Below, one piece after another: positions 18,402-25,327 of a DNA stretch of 64,000 nt (positions within the stretch are counted from its first letter, which is position 1; each line of letters begins with the position of its first letter). The DNA lies in assembly GCA_022821495.1 (NCBI GenBank), contig JAJEDN010000026.1, positions 65,561-129,560 of the forward strand, written 5' to 3'. Source of the stretch: Candidatus Poribacteria bacterium. Lineage in GTDB: Bacteria; Poribacteria; WGA-4E; WGA-3G. The notes under the pieces are model-generated. The model saw nothing but the letters and a program-made list of their open reading frames with translations, searched no databases and was not told the origin of the DNA. Made by a program: the position numbers and the translations under genes.

Positions 18402-20408
18402 TTAGAAACGCAGCGTCACTCCGAGGGTCGGAAGGATTGGTAACAGGGGCTCTCCTTCAACAGTGCAGCCCTCGACTTCACTAAAGGCATATTGATCCAG
18501 GTTCCTCCGGTTATATAAGTTTAAAACTTGGAAATACCAAGACAGGTCCCATCGCTGATACGAACTCTGCTTTGTAATGCGAAAATCGAGGCTATGATAA
18601 GGGGGCATCCGTTCTGAGTGGGTAGCACCAAACTGCCGGTCACAAAGGATACTCCCATCAGGTTGCAGAACTTCCGTGTAAATCAGAGGTGTTCTCGGTT
18701 CACCCGTATGGAAACGCCAACTGAGATAGAGATGCCAAGTCGGTGCAAATTGATAGCTGCTGCTAATAGCAAAGGAGTGCCGTCGGTCATATTGGCGAAA
18801 GATATTTGTGCCACCAGCAACCTCTTTGGCAACGCCGTAAGCATAACCGAGTGTCCACGACAAGCGATTTGAAACAGCGTGCGTCATGAACACATCAAGG
18901 CCTCTGGCATCCCCGGACTGCGGCGGCGCGAAAATTTGGTTCTGTCGTCCGAATTCGCGTAACCGTCCGACAAGATTATCAAATGTGTTGTAATAGCCTT
19001 CTACACGCACCAAGAAGCTATCGGTAGGCGTATATTCAGCACCAATGACGTAATGTACAGCACTTTCGGCACGGCCCACCGTTTCGATACCGTCCTCCAC
19101 AGGGACTCCCATGAGGCTAACGGGCTGATGGTAAATGCCCCAAGCACCGCGTAAGATAAAGTTACTCGTCGGTTTTACTGCAAGTGCGACTCGCGGTCCA
19201 ATTTCATAACGTTGGATACCTTCTTCTCGATACTGCTGGTAGACGTAACGCCCGCCGACATTGAGCGCAAGTTTCGAGTGCAGCTGCCACTCATCTTGTA
19301 GGAACGCGCTGAACTCGCTGCCACTCTCGTCAACATCCGCAAGAATCGGTTTGTATACATTTATACCGGCTTGCCGTTCTTGGACGTTATATTGATATTG
19401 CGCTGTCAACCATCGCCAAGTTACACCTGTACGAACGGTGTGTTCATCAAAAAGGTTTGCGGTGAATTCCGTTTTTGTGCCGAGAAACCTGAAATTTCGA
19501 TTGTCAGAGTCCGCCCTTCCGCTCATTCTATCTTGATCAGAAATACCACCGAAAACAAACACATCTGTCCAGTGTGAATTATTAAAGGTATGTCGCCACT
19601 TTGCCCAAGCTGTTGAATTGTTATATAGGGAATCCAAGTTACTGTCTACATCATCCAAACGTTGATGATTCTTGTCCCAACCGTATAACCCATTAAGCGT
19701 AAGTGTGTCTGACGGGGTCAGTTGGTATGTGAACTTACCATAGACATCGGCGTACTGCGGATTATAGTCTTCATCAAGGTCAATCAGTGCAAGAATGAGA
19801 TCAATATATCCACGTCGTGCAGATAGGAGCCAACTGCCTTTTTCCGTGAACGGTCCCTCCAGAGTTGCCGTTGCGTTTACCAGATCTATCCCAAAATTTG
19901 CGGAGAATTGCTCAGTATTCGGTGCCCTTGTTGTGATGTCAAAAACGCCGGACATTTTCTCCCCATACGCGGCAGGAAATCCTCCCATCAATAATTGCGT
20001 GTCCTGAACGAGATCCAAGCCGATAAGTGAAACCGCGCCGCCGAAGTCCTGTAGGTGATATGGATTATAGAGTTCCATGCCATCCAATCTAACTGAAATA
20101 TCGTCCTTCTCACCGCCTCGCACACTGAATCGCGCACTATAGTCGCTTGAGATCACGCCGGGAAAAACATGTCCCGCGCGCATCACATCATTGTCAACCA
20201 ACGGAAAACGTTCCATCTCCTGCTTAGATAGCGAAATCCTCGCTGATGCCCCCTCATAAATCGTAAAACGACCCGGCGTTACAACAATCTTTTCCAATGC
20301 TACAGGTGTGGCGCTCTCCTCAGCGAAAACCGCAACCAGACTCGTTAATCCGAAAAATAGCGCGGAAAAAATTAGGTGTGCAGGTTTCTGAAAATTGGTG
20401 GTGAACAT
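18402..20408 (-). CDS. TonB-dependent outer-membrane receptor
   Basis: Plug-domain motifs (RFSVRGGEKDDISVRLDGMELYNPYH). Long beta-barrel with aromatic-rich strands, ending in terminal ...LGVTLRF. Start set at Met26 (ATG 20408; signal peptide FSALFFGLTSLVAVFA), because the extension overlaps its own promoter. Confidence 0.85.
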   Translation of the reverse strand: MFTTNFQKPAHLIFSALFFGLTSLVAVFAEESATPVALEKIVVTPGRFTIYEGASARISLSKQEMERFPLVDNDVMRAGHVFPGVISSDYSARFSVRGGEKDDISVRLDGMELYNPYHLQDFGGAVSLIGLDLVQDTQLLMGGFPAAYGEKMSGVFDITTRAPNTEQFSANFGIDLVNATATLEGPFTEKGSWLLSARRGYIDLILALIDLDEDYNPQYADVYGKFTYQLTPSDTLTLNGLYGWDKNHQRLDDVDSNLDSLYNNSTAWAKWRHTFNNSHWTDVFVFGGISDQDRMSGRADSDNRNFRFLGTKTEFTANLFDEHTVRTGVTWRWLTAQYQYNVQERQAGINVYKPILADVDESGSEFSAFLQDEWQLHSKLALNVGGRYVYQQYREEGIQRYEIGPRVALAVKPTSNFILRGAWGIYHQPVSLMGVPVEDGIETVGRAESAVHYVIGAEYTPTDSFLVRVEGYYNTFDNLVGRLREFGRQNQIFAPPQSGDARGLDVFMTHAVSNRLSWTLGYAYGVAKEVAGGTNIFRQYDRRHSFAISSSYQFAPTWHLYLSWRFHTGEPRTPLIYTEVLQPDGSILCDRQFGATHSERMPPYHSLDFRITKQSSYQRWDLSWYFQVLNLYNRRNLDQYAFSEVEGCTVEGEPLLPILPTLGVTLRF

Positions 20409-20453
20409 ATCCTTGCCTCTTAGAATCTTATGTTTAGCTTCAGATATACCGCA

Positions 20454-20483
20454 ATTATAGCATATATCGGAACTTGTGGTCAA
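20454..20483 (-). promoter_or_regulatory. Putative sigma70-type promoter for the TonB-dependent receptor
   Basis: Minus strand reads TTGACC-18 nt-TATAAT, about 45 nt upstream of ATG 20408, with an AAGAGG RBS. Confidence 0.45.
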
Positions 20484-20494
20484 CTACCTAAACA

Positions 20495-20524
20495 TTGACA
20501 ATAACAATCTTTGTATGTTAAACT
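20495..20524 (+). promoter_or_regulatory. Putative promoter for the terpene cyclase gene (divergent from the receptor promoter)
   Basis: TTGACA-18 nt-TAAACT read directly. Confidence 0.35.
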
Positions 20525-20598
20525 ATACATCAAAATACAGGAGTATCAGTGGTTAAGCAACCGCTTTCTCGAACACTTTCGGATTTCCAAAACTCACT

Positions 20599-22362
20599 AT
20601 GAAAGAAAAAGTCTCATCCGCATTAAGGCGCAGCACTGCTTTTCTGTGCACACAACAGCACAAAGACGGGAATTTTGAGGGACAACTCTCCTCAAGTACA
20701 TTTCCGAGTTGCGCATACGCATGGATCCAACTCGCCCGTGGCGACACTCCTGAACCTACATTGACTGAATGGTTTATTGAAAACCAGAACGAAGATGGTG
20801 GCTGGGGATTAGACACGGCAAATATATCAAACGTAGAAGCGACCCGATTCGTTCACATAATTTTGGACCAAATCCACCAACGAGCACCCCATCTATCTCT
20901 CCAAAAACTGCTGGCATCCATTCCAAAATCAGCACCCCATCTTGCTTTAGTCAAATTGACTTACGCGGCTTTCAACCAATTTGACTGGAACGAGCTGACC
21001 TTGCCACCAAATGCCTTGCCATTCATGAAATTCGCAAGGCAATTGACAAAGATACCGCTACTTGGCAGTCGCTTGAAACCACCGAGACACCGTTTACCCC
21101 CCGTCGTGCTGTTCAATACATCTATGTTTGACGACTTGTTCATTGCCGAACAACATACGCTTGTCCCTGTTTTCATTATGATTGAATTGAACACCGCAAA
21201 ACGTCCTGAAATGATTGAATCACTATTTGCGTGGTTGAAGGCACATGTGCTCAGCGATGGCAGTTGGTTTCGGGTGAACTATATCACGGCACTTTCTGTC
21301 TTAGCACTCATTGAACTCCAAGAAAAATGGGAAGCGGACGATGAGATCGTTAGGCTCATTGAAGACGGTATCGCTTGGCTCCAGAAAACTCGCAATCCTG
21401 ATGGCGGATGCCGAGAGGCACTAAACCTCAATGTTTGGGATACCGCGTTGAGTATCATTACGCTAACAGAAGTGTATCCTGTAGATGCGGAGACCCCGTC
21501 TTCCAACGATGAACTCACGGATAAGATAAAACGTGCAGCACTGTGGCTTGCCGAACATCAGAACGCCGATGGGGGTTGGGCATTTTCCGGATTAGGTGAT
21601 AGCACCCTTCCAAGCGATGCCGACGATACAGCACTCGGTACCCTCGCGCTTATACGTTCACGCCGTCTGGATAGTTCCGCTAACCCATCGACTTTAGATG
21701 CAGCGATCCTTCGCGGGTTTACGTGGTTAAAGACGCAACAGGGACGCGACGGGAGTTGGAGCACATATCAACCCGGACAAGGCGATGTCGGGTGCGTCAG
21801 TATCACCGCACATGCGATTGAAGCACTACTTGCGCTTGGTAAGAGTGATGTTACGAATAAACCGGATGTCGAAACCGAAATACAACGCGGGATTTATTGG
21901 CTCCGCCGTCAAATTCATCGTGATGGCTATTGGCGAGATCTCTGGTTGGCAAAAGATACGTACGGCACTGCTTGTGCTATTGCGGCACTGGTGAAAGTGG
22001 GTTTAGTTGACACAGCAGAAGTCCATCGCGGGGTTGAATGGTTAGAACGCAGTCAAAATGCGGATGGGGGTTGGGGTGAAGATATGTTCGGCACGCCGAC
22101 CGAAAGCACAGTCGAGCAAACAGCATGGAGCACCTACGCCCTCCTACTGGCAAACGCCGAAAACCAGGCCGCTCACAACGGTATAAGGTTTCTACTCGAA
22201 CATCAGCGAGAAGACGGTTCATGGCAAGAGGCGTGCGTCGGGATATACTGGGAAATTATCGGCGGATACGCGGATCCGATTTATGCATCCGTTTTTCCTA
22301 TACTTGCCTTGAATCAGTTATCGCGAACACGCGCTGAGGTTCACGATGCCGACATTGGATAG
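20599..22362 (+). CDS. Class II terpene cyclase, squalene-hopene cyclase family (short form)
   Basis: Repeated QW-type motifs (QNEDGGWG, QNADGGWAFSG, QQGRDGSWS, QNADGGWGED, QREDGSWQE). DxDD-type catalytic motif SDADDTA. Confidence 0.75.
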   Translation: MKEKVSSALRRSTAFLCTQQHKDGNFEGQLSSSTFPSCAYAWIQLARGDTPEPTLTEWFIENQNEDGGWGLDTANISNVEATRFVHIILDQIHQRAPHLSLQKLLASIPKSAPHLALVKLTYAAFNQFDWNELTLPPNALPFMKFARQLTKIPLLGSRLKPPRHRLPPVVLFNTSMFDDLFIAEQHTLVPVFIMIELNTAKRPEMIESLFAWLKAHVLSDGSWFRVNYITALSVLALIELQEKWEADDEIVRLIEDGIAWLQKTRNPDGGCREALNLNVWDTALSIITLTEVYPVDAETPSSNDELTDKIKRAALWLAEHQNADGGWAFSGLGDSTLPSDADDTALGTLALIRSRRLDSSANPSTLDAAILRGFTWLKTQQGRDGSWSTYQPGQGDVGCVSITAHAIEALLALGKSDVTNKPDVETEIQRGIYWLRRQIHRDGYWRDLWLAKDTYGTACAIAALVKVGLVDTAEVHRGVEWLERSQNADGGWGEDMFGTPTESTVEQTAWSTYALLLANAENQAAHNGIRFLLEHQREDGSWQEACVGIYWEIIGGYADPIYASVFPILALNQLSRTRAEVHDADIG

Positions 22363-23032
22363 AATATCAATTATTATTCCAGTGCTGAACGAAGCAAAGA
22401 TTTTGGGGCAGACCCTTTCCCGACTTCATTCCGAACTTGGACCCCACGAACTTATCGTTGTAGACGGTGGCAGTACCGATGGCTCCATTCAGATTGCGGA
22501 GCAGTACGGGAAGGTGTTTATATCCGAACGCGGACGTTCTAAGCAGTTAAATGCCGGAGCAGCGGCTGCATCGGGCAATATTCTTATCTTCTTACACGCC
22601 GACATTTGGCTTGAATCCGGTGCATTGGCGGCGGTAGAAACAGCACTCTCTTCGGGATACATTGGCGGTGGGTTTCGACAGAAGATTGACGGGGAAAATA
22701 GGCTCTACCGAGCTATTGAGATCGCTGGGAACATTCGTGGGAAATATTTGAAAGTATTTTATGGGGACAGTGGTATCTTTCTTTCACGCGCAGATTTCAA
22801 GAAAATTGGGGGTTTCCCTGAGATCCCGATTCTGGAGGAGATGGAATTTTCAAAAGCGTTACGTAGACTCGGCAAAACAACGCTTATTACCCCTCATATC
22901 CATATCTCTGCGCGACGTTGGAAAAAGAAAGGGGTCCTCCGCACCACAATAAACAACTGGTTGATCACACTTCTCTATTTTCTGAAATTCTCACCGGTGC
23001 AACTCGCTAAACTTTACCGACATATCCGATAA
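22346..23032 (+). CDS. Family 2 glycosyltransferase
   Basis: ISIIIPVLNEA ... LIVVDGGSTDGS ... FLHADIWL: GT2 Rossmann signature. The start overlaps the cyclase stop by 17 nt. Confidence 0.8.
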   Translation: MPTLDRISIIIPVLNEAKILGQTLSRLHSELGPHELIVVDGGSTDGSIQIAEQYGKVFISERGRSKQLNAGAAAASGNILIFLHADIWLESGALAAVETALSSGYIGGGFRQKIDGENRLYRAIEIAGNIRGKYLKVFYGDSGIFLSRADFKKIGGFPEIPILEEMEFSKALRRLGKTTLITPHIHISARRWKKKGVLRTTINNWLITLLYFLKFSPVQLAKLYRHIR

Positions 23033-23102
23033 ACCCCACCAGCAAAGATACGGAGATGCGTTCGTTCCTGAAGTGTGCTGTATCTACGGGACTACAATAA
23101 AA

Positions 23103-23146
23103 AGGGAATTTCCTGGACTGTCTGAGACAGCAACCGGAAATTCCCT
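23103..23146. terminator. Hairpin terminator between convergent genes
   Basis: AGGGAATTTCC (23103-23113) pairs with GGAAATTCCCT (23136-23146). On the minus strand it is followed by TTTTATTG. Confidence 0.45.
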
Positions 23147-23199
23147 ATATAAAGATGTCAGGATAACTGATTGCTATTCTGACAATAAGACGTGTGCAA

Positions 23200-24069
23200 T
23201 TAGCGGGTCTGCTTGATCGAACCCCAAGTTGTCGCTAACTTGTTCTTGGCTTCAACATTAAATTCAGCTTCCTCTGAGAGCCAGTTGTTGATGAATTCAG
23301 CGACACCGATACCACGAATATCAGGATTATCGGGCCATTCAGGTTTCGCAGCCTGCCACATCGCGGCGATCATGCCGGTTCCATCGTTACCCGGAGACTT
23401 GCTAATAGCAACGGCTGGGTCGGCGTTATTTTTGTCGGCTTCCCCGAAAATAACGAGATCCCAATCAGAACCATCAAACTGCTCGACGTGCCATGGACGA
23501 TCAGAGTTAAATGCCTTCATTGACGGCATAACTTTTTTGCCAAGAGCTGTCGGTTTCATAGCACCCACGCGAGCATCGAAACTAAGTCCGTCAATATCAA
23601 AGACATTGGCAGCACCGGTAGGACCGTTATCCGGGCTGCGGACACCGCCCTCGTAACTCATGTAGAAAATCCAGTCGGCAACGTTAATGACGATATTACC
23701 GGCTTCAACAAAGTTCTCAACATTAGAGCCATCTGCATCTTTATTCGGGAACTCATAAAGTCCGCTCGGGCACGTTCCACAAGCCAGAATAATGACATCT
23801 TGTTGCCCGTTATCGGTATGTTCCTTGGTCCACTTAGCGAGCGGGGAATTGTCACCTACTTCGTCGCCGTCTCCAAAGTCATCGATGTTTTCAAACAGGG
23901 ATTTGACGCCCGGATCATCTTTAATCGCTTTGACATTCTTCGCAACAGCCGCATCAGAAATCCAACCAGGGTTAGTCGGACCTGAATAAAAAGCCAAATC
24001 GTTGGCTGAAACTATGGACGCAAAACTGAAAATAGCCACAAGGGCTATACTAAAATAGAATTTTTTCAT
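23200..24069 (-). CDS. Secreted hypothetical protein with conserved C-terminal tail (KLATTWGSIKQ)
   Basis: Signal peptide MKKFYFSIALVAIFSFASIVSA (start at Met4, ATG 24069). No family recognised. The tail FNVEAKNKLATTWGSIKQTR is shared with the next gene. Confidence 0.6.
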   Translation of the reverse strand: MKKFYFSIALVAIFSFASIVSANDLAFYSGPTNPGWISDAAVAKNVKAIKDDPGVKSLFENIDDFGDGDEVGDNSPLAKWTKEHTDNGQQDVIILACGTCPSGLYEFPNKDADGSNVENFVEAGNIVINVADWIFYMSYEGGVRSPDNGPTGAANVFDIDGLSFDARVGAMKPTALGKKVMPSMKAFNSDRPWHVEQFDGSDWDLVIFGEADKNNADPAVAISKSPGNDGTGMIAAMWQAAKPEWPDNPDIRGIGVAEFINNWLSEEAEFNVEAKNKLATTWGSIKQTR

Positions 24070-24447
24070 GATGTGCATATCTGTTAGTCCAAACCTATAT
24101 AAATCTATGTCTATACAAATTTGAACGGGATTCCTTAAGTCCTTTTATAGACACCGTCGTGTCTAACCTGCCTGTCCCCAGGGTCGTCTATGCACGTCAT
24201 AGAAGGGACAGGCGATTTGCACGTAGCAAAGGGTTTCGCTACGTGGTGTAACCCACAAAGTCAGCCTCAAAAGACTGACGCTTTATTATTTCCGAGTGTC
24301 CTCACAGTATTAAGGTTCGTCTCACTCGCGTATGAACCTTTTGCGTAGCAAAGACGTGGTTTTTGTCTCTTGTGCTTGGTTATTGCACACCACTACGCAT
24401 ACGGTAGTGCGGAATTGAACCGCACAAAACGCCTATCGTTTACCATT

Positions 24448-24476
24448 AGTATATCTTAAGAGCAAATTGAAGTCAA
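24448..24476 (-). promoter_or_regulatory. Strong sigma70-type promoter firing into a ~350-nt hairpin-rich non-coding region
   Basis: Minus strand reads TTGACT-17 nt-TATACT, starting 15 nt after the stop of the 24491-25216 gene. Confidence 0.5.
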
Positions 24477-24490
24477 TACATTTTAAACCA

Positions 24491-25216
24491 CTACTGCTTC
24501 AGTGTTGCCCACGTTACAGCAAGTTTGCCGTGAGGTTCAACAGAAAGGCTCACCTCACGATGGCTGTCGTAAAGGAAAAGATTGTCGATGTAGTAATGCT
24601 GGAGTTGATTCGTGTGGAAACCCATAACTCCCTTCGGATGCAGATTCTTGGGATCGTTCAAATCTGAAACCTTTTGAAACGAGAGTTCGTTTTGCTGCTT
24701 GACATAGAGTTCAAAATTATTATCATTGCCGAGCAGCGCGAGGGTATACCATACTTTTGTGTTAATAGGGATCGGAAATTCGTCTCTGAAGTCAATATAC
24801 TCGTTCCACGTCCCGCGATCTTCACCTTCGCGTTTGTACCAACGTGCAGAATTAGGACGACCAAATCCATCAGAGGGTGTAACAATCAATTGATAGAAAT
24901 GGAGGTCGTTTGCCCGGAAAAGGAGTTCCATCTTACTCGGCTGCGGATCACTGAAAAGATAAAAATCAAAACGGAGCCCAAAATCTTCAAATTCTATTAT
25001 CCCGTATCCAAAATCCTCAGCACCGTTCCCATCACCCTCGAGGCGATGGATTTCCAGGTGCTCTTTTTTGATATCCCAAGATACCTTCTGACCCTTCCAG
25101 TATTTATCTTTGAGTTTACCTTTAAAATCATCCGCTACAAGCAGTTTGGCATAACTCATCTGGCACAATAACAGGGCGAAAATTATCAGGCCACAGAAAA
25201 TAGCAATTTTTCGCAT
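24491..25216 (-). CDS. Secreted hypothetical protein (possibly LamG/DUF1080-like beta-sandwich) with conserved C-terminal tail (KLAVTWATLKQ)
   Basis: Signal peptide MRKIAIFCGLIIFALLLCQMSYA. Beta-rich sequence (FRANDLHFYQLIV, WYTLALLGNDNNFELYV). The tail LSVEPHGKLAVTWATLKQ matches the tail of the 23200 gene. Confidence 0.55.
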   Translation of the reverse strand: MRKIAIFCGLIIFALLLCQMSYAKLLVADDFKGKLKDKYWKGQKVSWDIKKEHLEIHRLEGDGNGAEDFGYGIIEFEDFGLRFDFYLFSDPQPSKMELLFRANDLHFYQLIVTPSDGFGRPNSARWYKREGEDRGTWNEYIDFRDEFPIPINTKVWYTLALLGNDNNFELYVKQQNELSFQKVSDLNDPKNLHPKGVMGFHTNQLQHYYIDNLFLYDSHREVSLSVEPHGKLAVTWATLKQ

Positions 25217-25251
25217 AACAGTTACCTCCGCATAGGTAAAATTCTAATCTT

Positions 25252-25280
25252 ATTTTACGTTATATCCCAAAACTTTTCAA
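25252..25280 (-). promoter_or_regulatory. Putative promoter for the 241-aa secreted protein gene
   Basis: Minus strand reads TTGAAA-17 nt-TAAAAT. GGAGG RBS before ATG 25216. Confidence 0.4.
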
Positions 25281-25327
25281 GATTTTTAATTCATATTTAG
25301 TCAAGATTTCTACGCGGTGAATAGAAC

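Noticed and set aside
20409-20483. Cobalamin or other riboswitch upstream of the TonB-dependent receptor, and a TPP riboswitch upstream of the fused ABC permease (45948-46081)
   Set aside because: The leaders implied by the readable promoters are only about 50-100 nt. They lack the conserved riboswitch cores (no B12 box, no CTGAGA/ACCTGA TPP elements).
24100-24447. Known housekeeping RNA (RNase P RNA, tmRNA, SRP/4.5S, 6S) or a group II intron domain in the structured intergenic region
   Set aside because: None of the universally conserved motifs is present: GGAAAGTCC-type P4 of RNase P, the tRNA-like ends and tag ORF of tmRNA, the SRP GGAA tetraloop helix, or the domain V consensus. 6S RNA cannot be judged from primary sequence.
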